A DNA stretch of 64,000 nt, taken from the NCBI GenBank assembly GCA_040954595.2, contig CM082580.2, positions 7,604,390 to 7,668,389 of the forward strand, given 5' to 3'. The translations under genes were made by a program, and so were the position numbers. How positions within the stretch are numbered: the first letter of the stretch is position 1; every line of letters starts with the position of its first letter. Of this stretch, positions 36,921 through 49,535 are shown in pieces. The notes under the pieces were generated by a model. It had not been told where the DNA came from, ran no database searches, and saw only the letters and a list, made by a program, of their open reading frames with translations. Source of the DNA: Balanoglossus misakiensis. Lineage: Eukaryota; Animalia; Hemichordata.

Positions 36921-37013
36921 TATTCCCTTTCACCACCATGGTTCGGGCCAAATCAATTGATTTTTTTATGGCAACCCTGGACCTCTAAGAGGAACTGGGG
37001 ATGAAAGGGTTAT
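36921..37013. mobile_element. Same MITE family, copy 2 (degenerate target-site duplication)
   Basis: ccctttcaccaccatggt...ggacctctaagaggaactggggatgaaagggtta. Confidence 0.7.
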
Positions 37014-38890
37014 TGTTTAACTACACTTGCTGCTCAAGCCAGCTCCTTATTTACATGTACATGAATACAGATGATGTGAACAAATTCTGAAAATCCCTAA
37101 CCCTAATACCATTGTTACCAGTGTCAGGCCAATGAGCAGCGATATGCTTGACACAAAGTTGTGGTACATCAGCCAAATGAGCACCCATTTCATTCCAACC
37201 TTACTGACACAAAGTCTCTCTTGCTCTGGGGCTGTTAAACTGCAGTTCTTTTGAGTTGCATTTCATGGCATCGGCCACAGCAATCATACAATACCGGCCA
37301 CATATGCACACTGAAGCTGACAGCAAACCCATTGCTTCTTACACCCTATTCCCGACAAGCAGACCACAAGAGATCTCAACGACTGGCATCTGATGCTGTC
37401 TTAATAACGCTTGATTTTATGTGTGTGTGATTTCTCTCCTCTGATACCGCTAGTCCTGTACAACCCTCAAGTAGACCTGTTCACCCCTCTTTTACTGAGT
37501 GGATTGTCCCTAACCCCCTGTGCTTGAACGCTGAGCCAGTGTTAGATACCTTTTCAGAACACCTTGCAAATTCTACGATAATTAATTTTACACGATTCAA
37601 ACCTCCCGGTTTCTTTAAAGCATACTCCAACTAACTATAAATACACCAAAATCCCACCTCCTCCAAAACACAGAACCCATTTCAAGATGACCGTCATAAA
37701 AAAAGGTACTATACCGCAGTCCCTCCATGCAGGGACCATGGCAACATCAATGACTGCAGTTACAGGTACTGCTAACCAATCATAACTGTACATAAGTACC
37801 TAACTGCAGGAAACACCATTTTTTTGTTTTCCATGAAAAAATATTACTATTAAAAATAACAAAAATGCACTTGTAGCATTTCAACACTAGTGTTTTTTTT
37901 ACATTTCAAAGGAAACTTACGTTTTGCAAATGTTTTATACATCATTAATTTTTTAGCACATTACATTGGATAAACCTGGGATTGGGATGAATAATCAATA
38001 TAATTACACAATGTTTTGCATTATGTCCCTACGTGCTCGTGAGAACCTAAAATTTGTTTTGTCAAATCAGCACAAGGTAAGATTCTATCCTTTGCTGATA
38101 TTTTCAAAAAAGTCATTATCACAGGTGATTAGCACTATATGGCCGGAACCTAAAGAAACCATATTTTTAAAGTCTGGATAATATCTGGACAGTGACAGTG
38201 TGGATTATGAGTGCTGGTGGCCTGTTTTTTTCCGAGTGAATTTTCATTGCATTTCATCGAAGCAAAAAAGGGAAAATCTTGGCTCACTGGAACACTGGAG
38301 TCGTAGAGGTTGAATACTGTGCAATGGTGTCTCTAAGTACAAGGCACATTATTAATAACAGTCACTGTCTCAAAACGGCCTTCACTAGTTCCCAATTCCC
38401 ACCCCCTTTCATGATGAAAGGAATAATTTAATGTACTAAGAGTTATTTCTAACTGGAATACAAGTAATGTGTAAAAAAGCTAAATTCTCTCCACCCTACT
38501 TCTGCAGTAAATGATTTCAAAATTTCTCTCTCAAGTATGTCAGTTGTAATTTTTCATATTATATATAATTTTTTTTTATCAAAATGGCAATTTACATAAA
38601 ATAAGACAAAGAATGAATACATGTACAGGATGATTATAGTAGAGGTATAAACGAAGCATAAAAAATTCCCACCCCTACTAAAATAACTTAACCTTTATAG
38701 AGATTTTTGTGCAATAGTCTGCAGAAGGAAAATTAGATCAAGATTTGTGGATATTTGGCGTTGCCTGTAGGACAGACCCATTGTCTAAATTCAAGAGGTT
38801 TTAGTACTTTGATAGAGTAATATTTCTTAGGTTTAAAAAAATGGCGGATAGCAGTAGTAACTCGTCCCCCCGGTAACCATGGTTTGTGTG

Positions 38891-39031
38891 TTAGTTGTAT
38901 CTTTCATCTTGATAGGCCTTTTCGTATTTATATGATGGTTTCCTCTCCATTTCTCCGTTGCGGGCACTCCTGCTTGTGCCCCGGAAGCTGGCAGTGTTGT
39001 GCCCAACTCGCTTCCTCTTGAAGAAACCACA
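38891..39031 (-). CDS. Integrin distal cytoplasmic-tail exon (CGFFKRKRVGHNTASFRG...DERYN*)
   Basis: Pyrimidine tract plus CAG acceptor, phase 0, canonical GFFKR. Confidence 0.9.
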   Translation of the reverse strand, partial: CGFFKRKRVGHNTASFRGTSRSARNGEMERKPSYKYEKAYQDERYN

Positions 39032-42000
39032 CTGGTGATGGGGAGGGGAAAAAAGAAGAGAGACATGGTCAGTTTCCATGGTAATGATGAAAGATGGTAT
39101 CTTAGATGAGTGGAGTGTAAAGGGTATAGACACCTTGTTGGCATAGATACCATAGAGGGCGCTCTGAATGAAAGTGCATCATTACATGTACATGTAACAT
39201 GCATCTACATTCAGAGTGCCCTCTATGATACATATTCCAACATGGCACTGACTTGAGTATAGGCCCTCCATAACCAATTTATCCCATGCTAATGTTACAG
39301 CTGGGAAAAAGACCAAAAATAGTACACAACATTAAACCCAACCATGATCAACCACCACATATGTAAATTCACACATTACACAATGCAGACTAAAGCTCTT
39401 GGCGCTAGTGACACAGCACCAACGAATATCATCAACTTATACGCTAGATTTCCTGCCAAACGACAGAATTCTCTGTCTGAGAAACCTGAACCATGGTCTA
39501 CCACTGAGACTTACAGCAATTAACTTTATACACGTGAAGAAAGCAACAAAGCAAGGGATAAGATGTGGTGCAAATCCTTGTGTTCAGATTACCACCATAA
39601 TCATAAGAAGTAATCAAACACGAGACACAGACACATTTATGAAAAGCAGATGAATGTGATCGCACAGCACTGTATAGGACTTTTTTTTCCACTTGAAATC
39701 ACACTGCATGCAACCAATACAAATCACCGATAACACAACACCCACATTTGCATGCAACAAACAGAAAAATATTGACACTGACAAATTTTTTTTTTTTTTT
39801 TTGGGGGGGGAGGCCACTTTGTACTCAAGGTGATTCTCTGATTCGTGAAGGAAAAAGATCCTTGCAACAAACATAAATGTTTTATTTCTAAATATCATGT
39901 GAACGTTATTGTTTTGATGTGAGAAAATTCATAAGGTCTAAAACACATTGATTAGTAATCACATTGAGCAACTTGTGAACCCTGAGAGATGTACACCGAA
40001 GTTAGTTAATCTCGCAACCTTTTTAGGGGGAGGAAACCTAATATCACGACGAGGTGTTAGCCAAATGCGCATTGGGCATGGTGATCCAGTACTTCTCCCT
40101 CCGCGGGTGCAGTTCCATCTCGCTTTGGTGGTGGCGCACGAAAAAGCCAACCTGTGGCCAGTCGCCGCCGATGAAAAATGTCAAAATGCAGCGGGTAGTG
40201 GTGAGAAAAACAGCAGAGTGACATTGTTTAGATGTTAGTTCGAAGAATGGACGTGAGTACGGTGGTCATGTGAAAAAATGAGCTGAAAAAATCACGCTCC
40301 ACACACAGTATATTGCACGTTTCACCAAATGCCACGCCCACTTGCACGTTCCACCACAAACACCAGACACACACACACAAACGTACACCGCACAGATTTC
40401 CAAAAGACAACTCACCCGCCAAAGGATTATGACCACAATTATGAGAAGGAGAAGACCGGCTAACGCTGCTACGATGTAAATCCAGATGGGGATGCCCTTC
40501 TTGGTTTCTATAATACCGATGTCTGGCGCTGCTTCTGTGGTCACCTGTGTGCATGGCATTTCCAGAGTTTTGTCAATATGTGTAAAGCGAATATGAACCT
40601 TACTGGGACATACCATTTCTGAGACATTATTTCTGTTATCTGTATTGGAGAATAGCTGGCAGTATCACACAAAACCTTACAGTACGATTAGAGATCAAAA
40701 TCGTCTAAAATTTGCAAAAGAGTTGAATTTCTACTAAAAGCCACAGTGAAATATGACTTGCGTATTACTACTACAAGCAGGCTAGATTATAACAATATTT
40801 CAAAGAAGACTTTCCTGCTACAAACACCTATACCTGAAGATAAATTAATGTGCACCTTTGCACAAGATAATCAACACAAACTCTCATTTCAAACCTCAAC
40901 TGGTGAACATTTGACCACTTCAAAAGCAAATACAAAAAAAAGCTGATAACTCACCTCTGCTCTGTCATTTGTTAAATCTGTCTGCCTGATATATTGACCA
41001 TTTAAAATTTTCAGATCTGCCCGGGAGACGATGTTGACTCTGGTGACAGCGCGGTAATCCTGAGAAGAAAAAAATAATATCACTTGACATTAGATTTTCT
41101 GGAAGGACAACACGGTTTCATTATCAAGAGACTCAACAGGGACATATCACAGCAGGAGTCGACTTTCTTGTTAATTTTCTCGGTTTCAGAGACACCAGGG
41201 ATCAGGTCCCACAAGGTGCCATTAGTGCCTGATGATGTTTTGCACATGCAGATAATAATAACCAGTTTCTAATGATGCTATACTCACATGAAAAAAACGG
41301 TCAACTGCCAAATCTGAAAACTGCTTAATTTTCAGAAATACTAACAGCATTTTCTGTGATACTGTGAACTATCTTAAGTACAGGCACACACATGTACACT
41401 GGGCAGTGACTTACTTCAAGGAATGTACTGTTCCATAATCTGGACGTTATCGTTACAGTTGCTGTGTTCGTTGCCTTCAAGGGTCCAAGCGTGCAGTTGA
41501 ATGTGAAACAACGAGCTGTTCCGTGGTCACACGACTAAAAGAGACAACAAGGAACCTGATCAATCTCATTGAAATGTTAAATTCAAACACTGCATGTCTC
41601 TTCACACATGTGGATGATTTTTTGAAGGATTTATTCATGATTACTTCACATGCTCACTGAGAGAAGCATAAAGGTCTTATTTATAATATCTTTAGGACAT
41701 CAAGCCAGTGCTGACAATCCCTAGCAGTATTTTACTGGCCGGACTTGCCTAAGCACAAATCCCACAATCAAGAAACCTAGACAAGATATGTTCAACAGGT
41801 TTTTCAACATGAACATGGTGTGTGGCCACCTTGATTCAATGTCTCACTCACCAATGTTTCTATCCTTCCTTTCTTTTCCCCAGTGGGACCAATCAGATCA
41901 TGGCTGGGATCCACTTCCCGTCTCCTTCGATTGGAGTTGTTAAGCTCACTCGGCTGATACGAAAAAGTGCCGTCTTCACCACGTTTCTGTCGAGGTCACG

Positions 42001-45000
42001 GAAGAGACGGAGATAAATTTTACGAACACGAACGAAACACTTGTGTATTTGTCACAAAACAACTCAAATGTGAAATGTGACTATAGCTGTTGAGTGTAAC
42101 TACTCTCCATTACAACAATGAAATCATTGCGTAAAAAGTACCATGATCAGTTTTGCTAGCATACCTAGTTGATCAATGCACATGTGGGTTGTTGGATGAC
42201 AAAGGAAGTAATCATCTTACTTCCTGGCAAGAATGCATGCGAAACTAGAGAAATACATGTAACGCATTCTGACTTGTAACAATCTCAGTTCTCATGTTCC
42301 AGAAAATGTCAAACACCAGGATTTGTTTTGTCTCTTGTTTCTCTCACACGGACATTCTTACATTACACACCTGGTGTAATACGTATCGGTTGGCTGATAC
42401 CACAACAACAGGAAACGCTGCACAAGATTACGTCACCTACCTTAACCTGCAGGAAATTAACCCTGTCCGCGTCGATACTGCAGGAGCCGGGGCCATTGAC
42501 CTGTGGATACTCTGTCATGTAGAGCAGCCACTTGCCGTTGGCCACTTCATAGGGCCACCTGAACGTCACAAACACGTGGTTCACGTCGCCTCGTCCTTTG
42601 TTTTGGATCTGAAATGGGACCACGAAATATTTGCACAACTTCGCATATGCTGAAAGGAATGGCTGCAAAACACGCATTTGACTGCTGAACAACAAAGCTT
42701 AAAAAATGCCATTTGACAATGAAATTTAGTCTAATGTTTGTGGAGGGTTGCTGGCAATACATGTATTGTTACATTCTGTCAGATCATTTTTCTTAAAAGC
42801 CAGTTCCCTCTTTAGAAATCCAGTCTTAGCATGGAAAACAGGACTGAACCATGGTGGTGAAAGGGTTAAAATACAACATATATTAATGACTGTCCATACC
42901 ATTCAACAAGTAATCAGTAGATACTTACAACATAGACATGGAGGACTTCATGACCGATTTCATCTTCATACTCCATAGCACTCTCCCCTCTCACAACACC
43001 ACTGTATGAAACAGTGGATGGCACCGATTGACTGCAAGACAAAAATCACCAGAAAACCCAAAGTCAACAGAGAGCACATGGTTACTGACAACTTGTGTCA
43101 CTCGATTTACATGAAAATATGTTTGCAATACACAAATCACTCATTCCAGACTTTCTCATATTTGCCGTCATCTCCTTGGAAATCTCCGCGCAGACCAAAA
43201 TACTCTCTTCTGATAACAGCACTGACACAGACTTACCCATACAGATGCAAATCTGTGACCACTTCGACTTTGGCAGAGATTGACGTTCTGTCATTGGTAG
43301 TGTCCACTTCATCGCTGGTCCTGTCAACATTATGGATATAGAGAGATAATTTGGAGGAGTTGCGAGACAAACCTCGTCTCTTAGAAGAAACATTCTATTT
43401 TTCAATTGATCCTTGACATTTCCATGGAAACTTACAATGGTACATCATCTTATGTAACATTTCTCCATACCCTTTTAAACCACAGGTTCTAGTAACAAGT
43501 CCTGTATATAAGATGTGGCACTATTACTAATGGCCATATTCATATCAAAACCTTTGAAAAAATGCAATTTAGCTGAAATCCACGAGACCAGAGGATGCAA
43601 ACTGATGCAGAAGTTTGATAAAGGGATTCGATTGCGTCTATTGAGTAATTAAACTATTTTTTGGAAAGTCAATCGCATTAAAAGCGACAGCTTTGGACAT
43701 CCATTATCAAGCGCCATTTACCCCGTCGGAACAATAACCATCAACGTAAGAGTCCAGTGAATTATTTTCCAACTCACTGACCCCCCGACGATTACTTACG
43801 TTTCAACGAACATGTCTATGGTGAGTCCGCCTGCTGAAGCGTTGACACGGTCGTGTTTGAATCTCAGGTGAAATTCGATCTAGAGAAGAAAGGATGGTGA
43901 AAGAGAACACAGAAAAAGGTGCATTACTTGCAGTTCACAGAAGACTCTGCTTATGTCAATAGATTGAAGGGCACTTTGCAGCACTCCAGGTTGCAGAGTA
44001 AGGACATTTTTTCATCGACCAATATACACAGTTCCACACACTTTTGAGCATCTGTCACTAATTCAACTCTCTTTGATCTTGATTCATAATGATCAGATCA
44101 TTTATATCAAACCTTGGCTTGTGGCAACAAGAGTCACAAAATAAAAAAGAATAATGTAGTCATCAAGGTTGCTAAGGTTCTCAGCTGACTTTCTTTAATT
44201 ACTATGAAAATGTTCATTACTCTTTTGCAATGAGATTACTACACAGCTCCACAGTTAATAACACTAGTACATGTACTTGTATTCCACAAGTTTTTGCAGT
44301 CGGACTGGCCTCGTGGAAGACACTAAAGACACCAGCTTTAATGTGTTACCTTGGCATTCTCTGGAAGTGGATTCCCCAAGTCACACTCAATGACTGTAGT
44401 ATTCTCTAGATCCTGATCGCACGCCAGTACAACCTGCAAGTGAGGACCGAAAAAAATCACATTATGTCTGTTCTGAAGGAAAATACATGTACCTGCCTTA
44501 TTATCTGGCACCAAAATGTCTTCAAATCAGTATCACATCGCACATGTACGTGTATATCGTTGTACTGACATTTCTGTATAGGTAAATACTGTGCCTCATC
44601 AACACACTAAGTTACATGAATTTGTATATATACCTGCCTTCAACAGACTTGCAATTTCTATATATGAAATGGCACAGAATACAACATGTCAATAAAATTA
44701 CAATTATTTTTCTTCTTTTGGACTTCATTCAGTGATTGGCATGGTTTTTAATTTTTTATTGTTTTATTTTTATACTTACACCTTCAGTGGAGGACACACG
44801 GTCGTACCCGACATACTCCAAGCTTTCCGGTACAATGGCTACGTAGTTGGCCTGGTATGCCGACTCTCCACTGTTCCTGACTTCCACCTTCACAGCCATC
44901 TGCGTGTCTGTGCCCAGGCTTAGAACGGGTGGGTCACTGGCCAGGTAGAAAAAATAGGCAAACAGGTAAATATGAGGTGTGAAAAGTATTTGACAAGACC

Positions 45001-48000
45001 CATCTAATACTTTTCAAACGATCTTTTTATTCTTCCTAACGTTTCGGACGTACACGGACGACCAAATATGACAGGTAAATATGACAGAAATTTTTGAACC
45101 TGCGCACCCCCGTTTTATAGTGGGAGACTCACACATAGGTCATAGGTCACTGGGGTCTGGGTATATACCGGTATTAAAGAAGGGTTAAATGTCTGAGGTT
45201 CAATACAGAGTTACCAGTAACACTTACCCAGGAAGGATATAGCTAGCCATGACAGACATGTCCGAGTCGCATTTGTTATCATCACCACATTCCCTGAAAA
45301 AGTCAACCTGGCATGAAGCAAAAAAACAAGCATGTTAGCAAGTGCAGAAACAAAATAGCTGTGAAATTCCAAATTTGTGGCATGTCTGTATAGTGGCACT
45401 GTCTATTTAATCCAAAAGGCTTCCAATGATTCAGGAAGTGTCTGTCTACCATAGCTGACAGGTTACCATATTACAACGCCAGCGATTGATGACGACGGAA
45501 CACCTGGGAAACGCCCGCAACCTCACCTGGATCGGGTCTGGAGGAACCGTCATGTTGAGCACCGGAAAAGCAGCCAACGACGGCAGAGGATCGCCGGGTG
45601 CCGGCATGACAGCGTCAGTCTCCGGCAAACTGTAGGACAGCGTCACGTCGATGGGATTCAGGATGTCTTTGATCTTGTGCTGCAAGAGATCCATCAAGAA
45701 ATAAGCTCAGCAAAGCTCAACACCAGTAGAGTCTTAAAAATCTCCTTACTAGGTACAAACCATCGAACCAGCGGTAAAATTCTGGACTGCGGGATACTCA
45801 CAAAAACAAACACTCTGACGTCATCGCACTTTTCAGCACCAGGCCTGTTTAACTTCTTGGATTTTTTGTGCATGCGGCTGTCACCGTCGGCGAAGAAGAC
45901 ACGCGAATTCAAGCCGCGGCTGGTGCGAATCTTCTCCACTTCCAGCGTGTAATCTACATCTGTAACAAAAGCGACAAGCTTTTAGTGATCCCCTCGTATG
46001 ATGTCGAAAATAAAGTCACGCAGAACTTCAGAATTTGAATTATTGCAGGTGACACTTATGGACATGTTCGCAGTTCACAGAGTGAGACTTGAATATACTT
46101 ACTGATCCTGTCTTCAAAAGATGATGTAGTATTGTACTTCAGGCAAACGTGCACATCAAAACTGTAAGATAATACAAAGAAAGATTATGGTACTTTTGTG
46201 ACTATGTGACAAAGGGATGGGTTCTTATCAGACATTTTTTGGACATTATCGCTACTACTTCTTCAGCAGTTGTATATGTTGTATGGCACAGTGACAATAC
46301 AACATACAGTAGTTTTACATTAGCAATCAAACTTACCAGGCATAATCTTTGCCTTGATGTGTACAATTTTCATTTTCATGGTTCAATCTCATGGGTTTAG
46401 CGCTCAACTTAGACATTATGGACAGCACTGGTCGAGATCTGAAATCAACAGAGAGGCCAACAAACAATACATGTCACTTGTGTTTATATGAATTTGAGTG
46501 TGTAGTTTAAAGAACAGATCAAGACAGAGCAAAACTCGATGGAAGAGTCCACACATGTCTAGTGATAAATGATAGGTTCTCAGGGTACAGTGCCCTCTCT
46601 TGCAGCAAACAAGACATTGACTAAAACTAGTGGACTCACATGTACAAAGAGAAATTAGCAGAAACCCTCCAACTGACTCAAGCTTTTCAAAACATGTAAT
46701 TTTAATGACCAAATCTCTCATGAGAATACAGTGTTTTATATGGAAATTATGATAAAACAGTGGATACTTCATGAAAACACTGGGCGTGTTTTAACAGCAA
46801 TCTTTCCCACCGCTGTAAGACTTAACATTTCTGAGAAAGACTTGTGTTTCCTACCTCAATAAGACCACTTTTGATGATTCATACATTCCAATCACTAGAT
46901 CTGGATAACTGTTGTCGTCTACATCAATCACCCCATTCAAGGAATAGCCAAAGGTTTTCATCGCGCTAGAAACGGAATCAGGAAGGTCTGCTGGAGTGAT
47001 CTTCTGAGAGTACTTAGCTCGGACGCCATCTGGCCCACCTTGGTAGATGTAGACGGCTCCCTGGCCGTCGTTTTCATAGGGCGCACCGACGGCGATGTCT
47101 GTAACAACAAGATTGTGCAAAATTTCAGTGCGGGATCAAAAAAAAATCACTGATGGCAAACCGTGTTGCTGGTTTTGTCACATTAGGAATTTTACAGGTA
47201 ATTTATTTTTCTGATATTTTACTACTCGAAAAAGGGCTTTGTTAATTGTTAATTTGAAACACTGCAGTTATTCTTCTTGAAGTTTGCATCAAATGTGAAG
47301 GGAACTTTCTGGGAGTATAACTGATAAATACAATAACTGGTCCATGAACATCCATTTGTGGACAAAAACACACAACTTTCAATAGTCTAAAACTAACATT
47401 GTAAAAAAAATGTGAAAAGGTATGGACATTGAGACATTAATGTTTCTATCCTACTGTAGGGGCAAAGAAATCTGTAATAAAAAATACCAACCTTCGTAGC
47501 CATCGCTGTCAAGATCTCGTAGTGTTGAGACAGTGATGCCAAACATAGAATCTGTAACACCCGACATCACTATGGGGTTATCATCAATGAGACGACCCTG
47601 CAAAAATACACAGACATTTCAGATATCGCTGTTCAGAAAATGCTTATGTACCATTTTGTCACCTATTCTAATTCAATCTTTGCAATGAGAATGTGATCTA
47701 GACATACCGTGCCATCTCCAGCATTCATGTAGACAAATACACGCCCTCCAATTCCTGCTTTTTTCTCGTAGTACAGAGGGGATCCAACAACCAAGTCATC
47801 ATACCTGTTATACGAAAAAAAGAAAAAGAAGATGGACATGTTTATTAAAATAGATAGTTCATTACACAAGACAGCAGACGGAAGTAATATTCAAAATGCT
47901 GGCCAAAACACTCAGGCCGAATAACAAAGGTTCATATTTGTATATATGCATGAACATGCTTACCCATCACCGTTGAAATCAGCCACATCCACGTCGTAAC

Positions 48001-49535
48001 CGAACGACGAGGCAAGTTGCTCAGAATAGATGGTTTGCTTCGGCACAAGCCTGCCCTCTTCTCTGGCGAAGAGTACAACAGCCCCGCTGACGTTGTGTCC
48101 CGGTGCCCCGGCAACAAACCATATGTCCTCCCCGTTGAAGATGCCCGTGGCCACCGATATACCTGTGGATGGCAAAGTGGTTGCATTGTCTAAACTTCTA
48201 GCATTGAAATTGATGTTAAAGGTATACAGTCACCTATGCAAATTTAGCTACCCATGGAAAATTGAGATCTACCCAATCACAGAATTTCAGTGGGTGACAC
48301 TAGCGAAAAATGAGAGAGCCACCATATGTGATTTAGAACACTCAGATACATCATTTTAGCCATTTATGGACATATGTATATTGGAGGTGACCATGTACCT
48401 GTAAGACTCAACACAGAGTCAATATTCACAAGTTAAAATTTATTTCAAAGACTTCTGCTTCATATCTGAAAGTGATCATTTGAAAGCAGTGACTACAGAT
48501 AGTTTCTAAAAACCACCGCTTCAAAAAGAAATTTTACAGGACAGGAGGAATATTGATGTTTCATTGTGAAGTGACATACCTAAGTAACTGAATTTGAGGA
48601 CTGTGGAATCTGTATCACTTTCTCCACTTTTGAAAACGCCCGACGGCCTGTCGATGTCACCGGTGATGTCCGTCGCGAAAAGCACACCACGCCAATCAAT
48701 AGAGCCGGGGGCCCCAATGATAACATCCATGGAATCCTGAAAATTGAAAAGTCAAGTAAATTCAGTGTTGACAATCCAAACACTCTTCTGTTTATTAAGT
48801 AAAATTGAATCGTCTGTCTCGGTACAAGATTCACCTTTGTATGCAGTTTATATTCTGTCAATCCTGTATTAAGTTCAAATGTACCTCACCTTACTGAATT
48901 CTGCATCTGTACCCGATTGGCAGTATCCATACCCTTCGTTGCCACCGGTTCTGCCTTTACACAACTCCAATGTATTGACTGGGATGTTCTCCTCGTCCGC
49001 CAGCTTGAACGTCTCATCAACAGTGTCCAGTTCCATGAGAAAACACCGACCGTAGCCGTATCGGTACGCCGGCGCAACTTTCTTGTAGCGGTGAGCACAT
49101 GCCTGCACAAGACAAATCAAGAGCAATGTTGAAGTCACAATACTTCACTAATAACTTACCTTTTCTTTCACCACCAGCATAACACTAGCCAACACTTTTT
49201 CTTTTAAGGCTGTATTATCAGTACGAGGAACTTACCAGTACAGGGCCATCTTTTCCCGAACTTTTCACTGTCACCCCAAACCACTGGTCTGTTTTGTTTT
49301 CCCCTTCTAAGTTACCTGTCCATGGAAGAAAGATGAGACTTTGTCACACAGCTCCAGCCATAGACACATTCATTCTCTTAATGTCAAAACTGCACACATA
49401 TTTCACTCACCTTCTGGGTCTATATCTATGTAAGTGCAGTCGTCTGATAATGTTGACACTGGACAACTGAATAAACCGCCACCTTTTTTGACGTTCTCTT
49501 GATTTGTTTGAAGTTTAGGAGCACCAACAACTAAA
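38891..49535 (-). CDS. Integrin alpha, laminin-binding PS1 / ITGA3-6-7-like, 5'-partial. Exons 49535-49411, 49315-49236, 49102-48890, 48736-48580, 48162-47964, 47804-47708, 47597-47492, 47098-46855, 46438-46337, 46161-46103, 45959-45802, 45679-45527, 45307-45228, 44936-44780, 44433-44350, 43879-43800, 43320-43237, 43031-42929, 42608-42441, 41986-41852, 41534-41415, 41059-40955, 40544-40416 (TM), then tail exon 40151-40044 or 39031-38891
   Basis: FG-GAP repeats (LVVGAP, QWFGVTV, ACAHRY, IIGAPG, VAGAPG, FGYDV, IAVGAPYE). Ca-binding loops DFNGDGYDD, DLDSDGYED, DVDDNSYPD. Genu ECGDDNKCDSD. Motifs GVVRGESAMEYEDEIG and WPYEVANGKWLLY are typical of ITGA6/7. Furin-type site NRRRR. TM followed by GFFKR. 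No I-domain seen. Confidence 0.93.
39136..39242. repeat. ~107-bp imperfect hairpin in the last integrin intron
   Basis: catagagggcgctctgaatg pairs with cattcagagtgccctctatg, outer arms tgttgg / ccaaca. Confidence 0.7.
40044..40151 (-). CDS. Integrin proximal alternative cytoplasmic-tail exon (VGFFVRHHQSEMELHPRREKYWITMPNAHLANTSS*)
   Basis: CACAG acceptor, phase 0, and GFFxR in the correct register after the TM exon. Confidence 0.72.
   Translation of the reverse strand, partial: VGFFVRHHQSEMELHPRREKYWITMPNAHLANTSS
42800..42869. mobile_element. Same MITE family, partial copy in the opposite orientation (integrin intron)
   Basis: ccagttccctc...accatggtggtgaaagggTTAA. Confidence 0.6.

Noticed and set aside
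48163-48889. ITGA6/7-type mutually exclusive X1/X2 exons
   Set aside because: Only one exon (48736-48580) is visible. I saw no duplicate in the flanking introns.
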